Of a stretch of DNA of 46,713 bases, positions 34,760-46,711 are shown in pieces. The translations under genes and the position numbers were made by a program. Position 1 is the stretch's first letter; each line of letters opens with the position of its first letter. The stretch comes from Nemertoderma westbladi (taxonomy: Eukaryota > Animalia > Xenacoelomorpha): assembly GCA_032718475.1 (NCBI GenBank), contig JAUCBJ010001084.1, positions 1-46,713 of the forward strand, written 5' to 3'. The notes under the pieces were generated by a model, which was not told the origin of the DNA, did not search any database, and worked only from the letters and a program-made list of their open reading frames with translations.

Positions 34760-34832
34760 TGATTGCATGAAATTTGAAACATAGATACTTTCATCTCCCG
34801 ACCACTTACTGGGTGAGCCAGAATTTTTATTT
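34760..34832 (-). mobile_element. DNA-transposon-derived sequence related to the interior of the MITE at 6191-6413
   Basis: Reverse complement AAAAATTCTGGCTCACCCA...TTCAAATTTCATGCAATC matches AAAAATTGTGGCTCACCCA...TTCAAATTTCATGCAATC at ~6270-6333. Confidence 0.55.
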
Positions 34833-35585
34833 TCGTTTTCGTTCTTTAGATACAAGCGTTCAAAAAAATTGTCTCCGTCGATATTGCCCCAGTTACACCA
34901 TAGTTATTCTTCAAACTTATATTGATTTGCAAGTTTGAAAGCTGGCAATGAAAGGATTCCAAATATGTAAAAATATATGAATTTGGTTGGGAAATAGCTG
35001 AGATATGGGCATTCGAATTTTGCATGTCTTTGCTTCTGCTGCAGGCCATTTATTCTATTAAATTAATACACAATGTTCTAGAACATTTTGATTATGTATG
35101 AATATCCATATACTAGTATTATCATGTAGGCATTGCATTGTTGCCAAGCTACTATGACTAGTTATGATATAACTAGAACATTGTGTATTTAATCCATGAT
35201 ACTTTTGACTGGACTTAACATAATTAAGTAATTAATTGCTTTTATCTTAGCTTCTCTAAGGCCACACGTAAACTCGGCTTGGAAAATTCTAAACTTCTGC
35301 TAGACTACTTGTATACAAAGTTTGGTTAGATTTCATCGAGGATTGGCCGAGTTAGGCCTATATTAACGTTTAAATATTGTCCACGGCAGATCACCAGAGC
35401 GACAGACACACAGGATTACTTTAAAACCGGGATAGAGTTACAACTCGCTTATATTTTATTTCGAATGATACATTTTACTTATCAAATATCAAATCGTATT
35501 AGGCATGTACCGGTACATCTTCGCATTTCGTATTTAAAGTGCAATGAAATGTACTGTACATGATAACCAGTTTGAAAATAAGAAG

Positions 35586-36410
35586 CTACTTCTTTTTCAT
35601 TAGTTTCTCATACACATTGTTAATAGTTGGTCGCGATCGACGTTCTTTGTTTGTCTTCGGTTCAGTTTGTTGTGGTTCCCATGTAGTTTTTCCTCGATTA
35701 TCTTCTACACGTTTTAGTAATTTTGTGTCACGACTTGGGCTCGGCTTAGGCTTCGGAATCCCGTATCGATAAACTTCATTCCTCTGAAGTAACCTACTTT
35801 TTCGACTTTCTTTATCATCACCGGGCTGCTTCGGTTCATGATCTTTCTCTTGTTCGTTGCTTTCATTTGAACAACAATAGAGAGGATAACATAATTTATT
35901 AATTGAATTCTGGTAATCGTTATCCTTCATGGCCCTTTCGTCGTCGGATAAACGTCGATGTTCATCAGCCTTCTTACGTCTTTCAAGTTCACTCCTTCGC
36001 TCATTATGAAGTTGCCTAATTCTTTGTTCTTTCGTATTTTCAATGTCCGTTTCCTTGCTCTTGTCTTTATTTACATCGTCTCTGGATGTGCGCGAGAGTA
36101 TATTTTGACTAGTTGCCTCACTTTGGCGACGTACCGTACCTGAGGACTGAATTGTGTCACACGACATACCCTTCGAGTCAATGGATTTCCTTTCATTTCT
36201 AACATTTACCATGCTGTCATTGGAAATTTCCTTTACTTTGACGTACTTATTATAAGAAACCTGAGCTTCTGGTTTGGCCTTTGTAGTCTCTTCAACTTGT
36301 GCTTCATTGTCAGTGATTTCTTCATCCCCAGAAGATGGGCTTTTAGATTTTTCTTCCACGTCACTCTCATTCAAAGTAGATAGCTCAATTTCTTCATCTT
36401 CAGTCGCCAT
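35586..36410 (-). CDS. Hypothetical highly charged, probably disordered protein (274 aa)
   Basis: 825-nt non-repetitive ATG-initiated ORF in AT-rich DNA; E/K/R/S-rich with a coiled-coil-like segment; minus-strand AATAAA at 35455-35460. No family recognised. Confidence 0.65.
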   Translation of the reverse strand: MATEDEEIELSTLNESDVEEKSKSPSSGDEEITDNEAQVEETTKAKPEAQVSYNKYVKVKEISNDSMVNVRNERKSIDSKGMSCDTIQSSGTVRRQSEATSQNILSRTSRDDVNKDKSKETDIENTKEQRIRQLHNERRSELERRKKADEHRRLSDDERAMKDNDYQNSINKLCYPLYCCSNESNEQEKDHEPKQPGDDKESRKSRLLQRNEVYRYGIPKPKPSPSRDTKLLKRVEDNRGKTTWEPQQTEPKTNKERRSRPTINNVYEKLMKKK

Positions 36411-37854
36411 CTTATCAGTTTCATTATTTAAGTAATTACTTTAGTTATTAGTAAGTAAGTATGCTAATCTACATTATTTACTGAATTTGATTGAATCGTG
36501 TTTCTGTCATAACAGAATAATACTTTTGTGTGTTGGCCTAATTTATATACCAGTTGAATTTCTAGAACTTATTTTTTATTGTTTTTTTTTTAATTAATAC
36601 TCTGGAGATTGGCTAAAACAAATTAGTATCTGGTAGCCGATTGTTTAAATGTCTTATATTTTTTTTTTTGGGGGGGGGGGGGGGGGGGCTAATCGTTAAC
36701 GGGATTCATATTTACCAAGATAACATGTTTACAACCCTATGATTTCGGTACCGGTATAAGACATTTTTGTTGACGTACTGTATTTTTCGCCGCGTTTTTT
36801 TCGAATTAAGCATACCGGTACTTAGACGCATACTGTACTGCGTACTACTGTGTTTTCGGCCCACCACACCACCTCCAAATTTTTAATCTAGCTATTTTTT
36901 TTACTTTGTTTCTTGAAAATGTCTAAAAAAATATTATTTTTATGGTGCATTATTTAAAGGATTTTTGTTAAAACTTTAATGATAAGTAATTCGTTTTTCT
37001 GCTGCTACTGCTTATGTGTGCACTGCTCTGCACAGTGCGCGGCACCAGTTAAGCTGTCATTTATTAATTGAATTAGTACATAGACAATATATATGAGAGA
37101 CTAATAAAACCTAAAACTGAAGTAAAATTTACATATCAACAAAATGAACTGAAGTGTCCCAGAATTTTATATAGTTTAAAATACGAACGCGTTTCATTTA
37201 TATTTCGCCCTGTATATTTCGGAGCTCATAGGTGAGTCTTACAATGTTACAAAGTTTGCGTTGCACAGGAGTGGAGCGCCTGCAGCTCCACTCCCTCATA
37301 ATTGTGGCTTGTGATTTTTATGGTAGCTACAGTAGTATTTTATTATCTACATGTAGTTGAAAAAGATTTAAGTAAATTATTTAATAAACCAGAATTCATA
37401 AAATTAAAATATATTTATAATTGTTCTAAACCAAAATATAATTATTCTAGAACGAAATTTGTTTCAAATTAAACTAGCATTAACTATTTACATACTTGTG
37501 TATAAAGCAGCACTTTACAGTGTGATGATCCGATTCCTTGGTTACACGAACGAACGTTAGTGAGTGAGTAAAAATAAAGCCACAAGGGTCAGAACACTGT
37601 AAAGTACTTTGCAACAAGTATGTACAGTAGTTTTATTCCAAAATATTAACATTACGAGATGATTGTCTCGAACTAAATATTTCACCAATCTCTGCCCTGT
37701 TTTATTTAAAAAAACAAAGGGTTACAGGTTTATTTTCAAAATGTTCACTGTGAAAAGTTTCTAAACGGTTCGAATAAGTGAAATTTATTAACAGGCACAC
37801 AGTATTAATTATACATTTAAATATACAATGTAAATAGGACAATATGATAACGCT

Positions 37855-37988
37855 CTCCATAGCGAAAAATATCAACCGGCCCTATTGGGGCTCGAACCCG
37901 GTACCTACAGTAGGTTTCAAACTTCTGGTTATCATCAGCCGGGTGAGTGTACTGAGCTACCAGACCGGATGAAAATTTCGCTATGGAG
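37855..37988 (-). mobile_element. Degenerate tRNA-like/SINE head bracketed by short inverted repeats
   Basis: Minus strand TGGTAGCTCAGT (A box) and GGGTTCGAGCCC (B box); flanking CTCCATAGCGAAA / TTTCGCTATGGAG. Confidence 0.4.
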
Positions 37989-38574
37989 TGGGAGATCATA
38001 TTTAGGCCAACTAATCACTCAAAGGAAAGTACAACTTCGTTATTCCCGTGCTCTGCCAGAAATGGCAACCATGCCTCAATGAATAACTATTATACAGTGT
38101 TGTAGAAACCACTGTAACCCCGTATGCCTGGCCCAGGCCCGTGATTTATTTTTGAACTGTTTTTCACCAACCTGGCTATAGAATGTTGTTGGTTGCTACT
38201 GTACAGTACTGTATATGGCACTAACATAGTATATAGACTGATAGAAGCAGCAATGAGAATGCTAAGGGAATAAACATTCGCACAGACATTGAAAACCGTC
38301 GTGCCAGTCTGTCCTTCTTTGTGAATTTATTAACATATATATAATATACCTTTTCTTTCGCTGTTTCGGGGCCAGTATTTAGTTAACCATACAATAGCAG
38401 GCCCTACAGTATGCAGCCAAGTGCCAACAAGACCAACCAACCTAGTGCTAGTTAGTCAAACCACATGTCAGCGAGTGCAACCGGGTGCCAGTAATTATTA
38501 ATCTAAGTCCAACCGGGCGTCCAGCAGTCCAGTGTCAGTTAGTACAATAAAACAAGCGCTGTGGCTCATCCCGG

Positions 38575-39739
38575 TGTAACAGCGGATTCAGTCCCCCGAA
38601 GAATCGGTCCCCCCGGACCAGATATGCTAGCGGATTTAGTCCCCCCGGACCCAATCCGCTAGCAGATTTGGTCTCCCTAGGACCAAATCTGCTAGCGGAT
38701 TGGGTCCTCGTTCGCGGATTTGGTCCCCCCAATGTAATTGCAATAAATTCAAAATACACTGCCAGACTGATCCGTTCCCTTCCTTATTGTCAATATGGAT
38801 ACAATTCTGGCAGACCGGTTATTCAGTATGTATCGTTTATTGTTCTGGTTAGAAAACATTGTGTGTAACTGCTCCTCGCCAATTTCGTAGTACGATAAAT
38901 TTATTGTAATGAGGTTATATTGTTTTAGCCTTTTTATTATTAGAAAATTTATCCTCCCCACCTGCAAACTAATAATATGAATGAACATGAATGAATATGA
39001 ATAACTGTTACTCAGTTGGGTTTAGGTGTAACAGTTGAACTGAATATACCCTACCCCCCCCCCCCCCCCCCAGAAAATACTATCTGTAAAACCATTTATA
39101 TTAGGCCTAGGTAATTAATTCATTTAATTATTAATTAAACGAAATGACACCAACTGACCAATGGCAAATCCAACCAAAGACACCTGACAACTCGAACTAC
39201 AGTATGATTATTACTGTAATAGGGACAGTACAATATATCTTCCTCCTCATCATAATCATCCCTCATCCATAATGAATCTATAATGTTGAAATTAGCCGCT
39301 TTCCTGAGTATAGTTCTCTTCTGCAACTTTGTTGAATTGACTGGATATGTGTCATCTCCCGAAATATAATTATAGACGGCTTGACTGCTTGATAAAGCTG
39401 CGTCTCATCGAAGTTGGCCATAATAGCCTACTGTACTGATGCGACTATATCAGTATATACCAGTATACAGATGTGGGAATTTAATTTAACGCAGTAGTGG
39501 TAGCTACTGCAGTTTTAATCAGTCTATAATTTAATGCATAAGCTACGCTGCTATGTCAGTACCAGTACTGCTGCACTCAGCACTGTCTGACTGTACTGTA
39601 AAATTATAATTTAAGGGGGGACTCAATCTGCGGAGGGGGGACAGAATCCGCTAGCGGATTCGGCCCCCCCGGACTCAATCCGCTAGCGGATTCGGTCCCC
39701 CCGGACCATATCCGCGGGGGGACAGAATCCGCTGTTACA
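38575..39739 (-). mobile_element. Ginger1-type DNA transposon, non-autonomous deletion derivative
   Basis: CCGG|TGTAACAGCGGATTC ... GAATCCGCTGTTACA|CCGG with ~22-bp subterminal AATCCGCTAGCGGATT repeats. Internal remnant (39421-39135) resembles the N-terminus of Gypsy-like integrases/GIN1. Confidence 0.8.
39135..39421 (-). pseudogene. Frameshifted N-terminal fragment of a Ginger/GIN1-like transposase
   Basis: MANFDETQLYQA / VYNYISGDDTYPVNSTKLQKRTILRKAANFNIIDSL; the frame is broken by an imperfect 8-bp duplication at 39377-39392. No DDE core present. Confidence 0.6.
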
Positions 39740-41580
39740 CCGGGGCTGAAGGACATCATCTGTCACTCATACACTGGACCTACAATGTTTATTTGCCATT
39801 AGGTAGCGGCAGCCGCACTCTTTAAATCACTTAGCATTAAGTAGGCCTACCTGTCTGAAGTCTGCATGTGCGCTGTGCGCTTCTTACTGGTCCGCAATGC
39901 CTAATCTTTAAAATCACATACGGATTGTTCTCCATAGGTATCAATTACACGCACATACGCGTATGTGCATACGGATACGGCAAATGCATACGGATACGGA
40001 TACGGCGAAAAGTTATACCCCCCCCCCCCCCCCTTGTTCTCTTTTTCCGACATTCCCAGATTCCTGTATGATCAACGATCGACAATAGCTTCGGCTTATA
40101 AACTGTCTGGCAAATTATTTATAGGCATATTGATTTCACATGCTTATAAAGAGAGCAGTTATGTATTTGCATTATTAATACTTTGAGAATGTGTTCATGG
40201 TAGATGGTGCAGGTATAGAGTAAAGCAACCTGTTGTATACCGGGTCGGGTACGGGTGTATGTACAGTAGCTAGCTAGCAAGTCATCTCAAATTAGTTGAC
40301 ATTGCTATTATTTAGTGTAGACCTACGGAGTAAGGTACCACGGTACAGTAGGAGATTACCCTTCGTCTTCGTATCGACCTACAGAGTAAGATAGGCAACC
40401 ACGAATTTGCTAATTCTCACACAAATTCATGGTTGTTTTCTTATTTGGGACTTGGGAGTGTATGTCCACCCGGTACGGTGTCCCACAGCAGTCACTACAA
40501 TCCACAAAGAATAACTCAACGACAAGATAAAGAATAAAAAACTCCGCTACAGTATAGCTACAGTAATACTGCAGTACTGTAATTACTGTACTGTATTTTG
40601 CACACCTTCTGCCGGGGGATTTTTTGCCATGGGATTTTCTGCCGTGCTGCCGTGAGTTTATTACGAGCACGACAAGTTGCAGATAATAATTTATCGTAAC
40701 CCGGGACGGGGATGGACATAACTACTATATGGCATACTGGCATACAGTATACAGTAGTAATTTAAACAAAACTACACACAATTTTTTCCTGTGCCTACTG
40801 TAATTTTTTTTATTGTAGGCCTACTTTTCTCAGATTTTTTTGTGCACTGTCTTTGTAGAAAAATATTAAATCAGTTTTTTAAAGCGTTTTGTAAGTGTAA
40901 TAAAAATATCAAATGTTTTTTTATTATAATGAATGATAGGCCATGTTGCAGCCTATGCAGCTATCTGTACCAAACATTAAAATTAAACAATGTAGGAGGT
41001 ACCGGTAGTTAAAGTACTGTAATATATGCTGATATGAATATTGAATATAAAGCCACGGCTTTTGGATTTCGCCTCTGCGAAATAAGAAAATTAGCTAAGT
41101 TTTATTCTCATTATCTTGCCGTGAGTTTTTCTTTGTAGTGACAGTTGTGGGCCTATTGTGCGTAACCCGGTGTACTGGTGTAGCAGCGGATTCTGGCCCC
41201 CCGGCCCGGAGCCGGACCGGGACCGGTGTCACAGGCGAAAATGCCCCCCCCCCCCCCCCCCCAGAGCATTTTCACCCCAGATTTTCGAGAGTAGCGGTCC
41301 GAAACCCTAATTAAAACTGTCATGTAAATTTAGTATTCTGTCTGTATTACTACTGGCGTATTGCATCCGTAGGTACACGAAAACGTGACTAGTGTATCCA
41401 TGAACCCTCTTCTGTTGTTTGAGTTATATCCATATCCACCCACCCACCACCCGTACGTCAGTCTCTATACCCTCAATACATGCCAACTAGTAAGCCTACT
41501 GCCACACATTACCCCTGCAAACAATTTAACGTTCATGTAACGTTATTCAACACTCATTTTCTAACAAATGAACGTTAGTA

Positions 41581-41814
41581 TTCAACGTTGCATACTGTTG
41601 AATTATCGTTGGTTTGGCCGCAGTTCCAACGTTAAAAAATACTTTAAACCTAACTATAAACAATGACAAATGAGCGTTATTTCTTAACGTTGCATACTGT
41701 TGAATTATCGTTGGTTTTGCTGCAGTATGAATGTTATTTTTCAACGTTGCATACTGTTGAATTATCGTTGGTTTGGCCGCAGTTCCAACTTTAAAAAATT
41801 TCTTAAACCTAACT
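41581..41814. repeat. Three direct repeats of TCAACGTTGCATACTGTTGAATTATCGTTGGTTT
   Basis: Copies at ~41582, ~41684 and ~41740; probable subterminal repeats. Confidence 0.8.
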
Positions 41815-43233
41815 AAACTGAAGGTTATTCGTAAAAAATGTCGTTGTTGATGGTACAGTATAATCCAAACTTAGTATTTTTACATTTGAAAGCACATATT
41901 CTATCTTTTAATATCAATTAACCAAAATTGTAATATAGTAATCAAGTAAGTAATAATCAAACGAATGCTGAATTAAGTAGGCCTAATGTTAAAGTGTTTT
42001 TACTGTGTATTTACTTCAAGTCTTTACTTACTGTATATAGTAGGCCTGCTAGTGTACTTCTGTACATAAGATTACAGTGCGAGCTGCGAGCTACGGTATA
42101 ATATAATTTGGCTATAAGAAAGGCACATTGAGTATGAAGTACTCAATCCTCGTCTTCTCTCTTCTACTCTTCCTCGTCTCCCTCCACACCATCATCGATT
42201 CCACGGCAGCCATAGGAGGCATTGATAACCTCTCTTCCTCAACTCCAATGTCCTTGCCCTTCTCCTCTGCTTTTCTTGTTTTCTTTTCTTGTTTTCTTCC
42301 AGATAAACTGCAATAGAATAAATAAATATTATAAAATACCGGTGTCTGTAAATTTTTATACAATAAGAGATCGAGATTTGTCCCGAATTACATGAGTGTA
42401 GACAGAAAGACATACTAGATTCCGTCAAACATGAAAACTGACATCGGAAATGAAATCACCGACCCGGAAAACCCCCAAGGTAAAACTATTAGCAAATTAG
42501 TGTGCTTTTGTTATGTTCTACAACCTAAAGTAGAAAAGATGGACAAACAGACAGTCGGACAGACCGACATAACATTTTAAGAAGTGAAGTTACGTTTCTG
42601 AAAATCTGGCAGCTGAAAAGGGGGTAAAATTTTGATCTAGAAATATTATGTGACCTTTCTACAGCAACCGCCACATATAATGTTAAATTAATAAATTATT
42701 ATAATAAAATTTCAGAAGTAGAAGTGATACAGAAAATTGACTTACTAGTTAACGCCTCCGTATCTATTAGGGGCCTGTCGGAAAAATACTGAAATGGCCC
42801 CATCGGCAGCCGTTTCCGTAAAACGTCCATCTTTCAGCAGCGCACCTATGAACCAGTGAAATGAATAAAACAATTATCATGATAATTTTTTACGTTTGGT
42901 ATCTTATCCTACACTGTATTTATAACTGAATGTTGGGAGGTGAGTCTTAGCATGTCGGACATTAGTGGACCGTCTGCGGTCGTCGTTGTAGTTGGTAATT
43001 TTTGACACTAATAAGTCAGTTAATCTTTGATGAAATGGAACGCAACCAGATACAGATATAGCCTATCAAAAATTAACACAGGTATGTATGCTACTACACA
43101 TTTATATAGTTCCTCATCAGTCGGTACACTAATGATACATGCTAAAGCTCACCTAGCCTATTGCTGCGCGAAGGCCCCACCTTCACGAAACACGAGGTTG
43201 TAAATACACGTCTTTTCTGCAATTATTAATTTA

Positions 43234-43304
43234 TTGTGGGGCGAGTCAAAAATGCGAGCCATCAGCGAACTGTTATAATTATACTATGGCCGTTTTTCAA
43301 AAGT

Positions 43305-43336
<32 letters not shown>

Positions 43337-43439
43337 CGGAAGCCAATATCCAATAATATTAATATATATAACTAGCCATAGTATAAGGATAATTGTTCGC
43401 TGAAATGGCTTGCATTTTTGCTGCACGAAGGCCCCACAA
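43234..43439. repeat. Imperfect inverted repeat pair flanking a (GT)n microsatellite
   Basis: TTGTGGGGC...AAAAATGCGAGCCAT...CAGCGAAC...TTATACTATGGC (43234-43290) is mirrored at 43375-43439; (GT)n lies at ~43308-43335. Confidence 0.65.
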
Positions 43440-46373
43440 CGTGTTGTACTGTATTAAATACAGTTATATCTTTCTTTTTCAATTTTGCGCCTAGAACACA
43501 GTATATAGGGCGCCTTATAAATATTTTTAATATTAATAATATTATAGGCCCTATAAGTAAAATGTTCTTACGTTTAAAACAGGCCAACAGACGTGGGCAT
43601 GAATCCTCAAAGGATTCTTTGGTGCTCCGACGCCCAGTCTTCGAAAATCTTTGGGCCACAGTATTGGATAATAACGAGTTTCCTATATTTGTGGCGGCCT
43701 TAGTCACGTCGGTAGCATACGTTCTATCGGATATTTCTGCTATCTGAAAAATAAAAATAACGTGCCAGTTTAATAAATCTAACTAGAAGGCTGAAGAAGG
43801 TAAAAGAAAGTAAACATATAAATTTATTAGCGCTATGATTTAAAATATAACATTTAAAATAGTTACTGTACTAACTGTGGCTTTATATAAGTTTCTCCTC
43901 TCTAGAGCCTTCTCCCATTTCCGTAGCTCATCCACACATTGCACAGGCAATGTTGACGGACCAGTTGGTTCATGTTTTTGCAACTTGTATTTTTCTAAAA
44001 TTTCTCTCATGAAACTAAGCTCCCTCTCCATCGCAGATAAACGAGCTGAGGTATTTCTCTCCCATGCTAGAACATTATGATTATATGCATTATGCAGTCA
44101 ATGTCCTTAAATAATTTCAAATTTCATGCTTGAAAAGATCTTGACTGACTGTGTTTTTGTTGTCTATCTGTCCTTACTCGTTATGTCTGTCTGTCAAAAA
44201 TATAGAAGGATATTAGCCGAATATTAGGATATTAGAAGGATATTAAGACAGACATATATACATAAATTCATGGATCTGTAATTTGTACCTATTTCGGTTT
44301 AAATTTTCAAATAGCAACGGGAAATATTATTGGGAATTATTCTGGTTATTTCGGGGGTTTTGCCATTAAAAAGGGTGGCTTTCTCAGAAGATAAAGCTTT
44401 AGGGTAAAAAGTTGGAAAATGAGAAATGACACACAAGCAATGATATTATACAAACTATGAAAGAAATTGTATTGAGTTTCATTGTATTTGCTTATGTTTA
44501 AATCCGAATTGAAAACGGTCGGAACCGGATTTTTTTCTCAAAATCCGGCCGGATATCCGGCACACCCCTAACATAAATTATATACCTGTTTCTCCGCTCC
44601 GCATTCCTATTGGTCGAGAACGGTTCGATTCTTTTAACACAAACTCAATATCGGATGTTGGGCGTGGGGATTGACTGGGATTACCGGTACTCAAAGTTGG
44701 AGTGTCGACTTGGAGTGGGTAGGTTGTTGTTGTAGTTGGGTGCGTAAAACCTTTATGGGTATAATTGGGAGGATTAATTAATTTGAATTAATCAAACATG
44801 GAATGGAAACTGACATAAATCAGCGACCACCAGAAAAGCCCTTCAATTTCAATCGGCCCAACCTTCCAAGGGTTAAGAATCAGTTAATAATTTGACAGTA
44901 GGTAGGGTCTAAAATGAACATAGTACATAAATTATATACCTGTTTCTCCGCTCCGCATTCCTATTGGTCGAGAACTGTTCGATTCTTTTCCCACAAACTC
45001 AATATCGGATGTTGGGCGTGGGGATTGACTGGGATTACTCAAAGTTGGAGTGTCGACCTGGAGTGGGTAGGTTGTTGTTGTAGTTGGGTGCGTAAAGCCC
45101 TCATAATTGGGAGGATTAACGGGATAGTCAGGTAAACTTAGAACCACAGATACTGGTGCTGCCGGTGGCGTTATACCCGTTTTTGGTCTCTTAGTAGCGG
45201 AACAATCATTGTCAGGATCAGAGTATCCCGGATAGTCCCTGAAATATGTTATTAATAATACTTTAAAGGACCAGTAGGACCCAGATAGGGGGGGACTTTA
45301 GACGCAATCAAATTTCATCCCTCTCCAGGGGAAAATGGATGCAAATAACAGCTGATTACTCTCAAAAATAAAACTGTAACCTGTTCTATTGACTTTCGTT
45401 TATTGTTTTGGTTAGAATAACGTGCTACTGTAACCTGCTCCTTTCCCTAAATAGATAATTTAACATTGAGGCGAGATAAGAATTCGCCGAGGCGAATCTG
45501 CGTCCAGTTCCCCCCCCCCCCCCCCCCCCCCCTGTCTCGTAGGACCAGTAAAGGACACCGGTACTGTAAGAAAGACAGCAAGACCATTTTAATGTCAGGT
45601 CTTTTTTTATTATTTTTTTAACTGAACATGTGATATTATAGTGAACTTCACTTTGACTTTACTCGCCACTATACTAATGAAGCAACGATTGTATGGATAA
45701 TATAAATGCATGTATCACAACATTATAGTGTCCTAGTCCTATAATGTATTACTCCTCCGAAATAAATAATAAAATGAAAACACAAATTAAATTTAAATCC
45801 GCTTACAAGTTGCGTGGACAAGTTTTCCGTTTTCCCCTTCCTCTTTCCTCTTCCACTTCTGACAGTACATTATCGGTGTCGTACTTAGTGGCGCGAACAC
45901 AACGTTCTTCCACATCATTAAATGCTCCTAAAATGTAAATCATCTGGTCCGATTAAAGATAATGATACAGGGATACAGCTAAATACTGAAATAGGCTATA
46001 TTACATATCATACATACATACATATCATAATGGATTGTATCGTATAAATTTATGAATATCACTTGAATTGTAAAAGTTATTTTAATTAGTATTTAGTATT
46101 TAATTTAATAATATTATAAATTTAATTAGTATTTAGGTATTTAAATTGTAATAGTTACCATGACCTACCTTTGTATATTATCTCCACTATTAGGGGCGGC
46201 CAACTATCATCCGCCGATAAACCGTTTTTCCTCATCCTCTCGAATTGCGAGGCACTTATATTCGAATCAAATGCTGGATAGCGGCAATAAATTTCTTCGC
46301 CCGATACAAAAGTCCAGTGTTCGGGAACATTCTGATAAGTATGGTCAAAGAACTTGACGAGAGTAAATAACAT
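43372..46373 (-). CDS. Transposon accessory protein, DUF4806-like; 6 exons 46373-46169, 45927-45807, 45238-44940, 44066-43876, 43743-43572, 43490-43372 (~368 aa, last exon uncertain)
   Basis: All five introns are GT-AG and phase-compatible (1,2,1,0,1) with no internal stop. N-terminus MLFTLVKF...VPEHW...CRYP...W, acidic/basic linker, C-terminal LPVQCVDELRKWEKAL...LLSNTVAQRFSKTGRRSTKESF resembling DUF4806. Confidence 0.7.
44571..44777 (-). repeat. Intronic degenerate duplicate of the 3' part of exon 3 of the DUF4806-like gene
   Basis: Near-identical to 44925-45119, including the donor site, with small insertions. Confidence 0.9.
45298..45508. repeat. Dispersed repeat, copy 2 (see 285-493), within intron 2 of the DUF4806-like gene
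   Basis: Direct similarity to 285-493. Confidence 0.75.
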
Positions 46374-46426
46374 TTTAACTAAAGAATAACTCAAGTACCT
46401 CAAGTAGTAACTCAAGTACCGGTATT

Positions 46427-46711
46427 TCAAGCTTTAACCTGAATACAGAATTGTTCATCGTTGTAGGTAAGAAAGATGCACTTTTTCGATATTGATGAAA
46501 AGGCATGGAAATGTAGATTGGGTGATAGTTGCGAAACTTTCGCGATGCCTAGATTAAGTGAGGAACAAGGGTATTGGTAAACAGGTTCAACTTTTTTAAA
46601 GTAAGCACACAAAATACCCATTTCCAAGTCTCTGTCCTGGTTAGCATATTTCACAATATTTTTTATTAAGGCGTATGTTCCATTAGATAATCGTACAGAG
46701 TTGTCGGGTTT
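46427..46711 (-). CDS. C-terminal fragment of an animal EnSpm/CACTA-like transposase (5' end outside the window)
   Basis: Frame open from the window edge: KPDNSVRLSNGTYALIKNIV...FKKVEPVYQYPCSSLNLGIAKVSQLS...ISKKCIFL, matching the PDN...I.NI...F...YPC.SS.L.I..V..LS...I..KC pattern I associate with these transposases. Confidence 0.65.
   Translation of the reverse strand, partial: KPDNSVRLSNGTYALIKNIVKYANQDRDLEMGILCAYFKKVEPVYQYPCSSLNLGIAKVSQLSPNLHFHAFSSISKKCIFLTYNDEQFCIQVKA

Noticed and set aside
38563-39751. hAT assignment with an 8-bp TSD for the 38.6-39.7 kb element
   Set aside because: The 8-bp flanks match only 5/8, whereas CCGG plus TGT...ACA ends and the integrase-like remnant fit Ginger1 better.
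42112-42428. Independent small gene
   Set aside because: Low-complexity purine-rich stretch without a credible ATG; at most a decayed terminal exon of the transposon gene.
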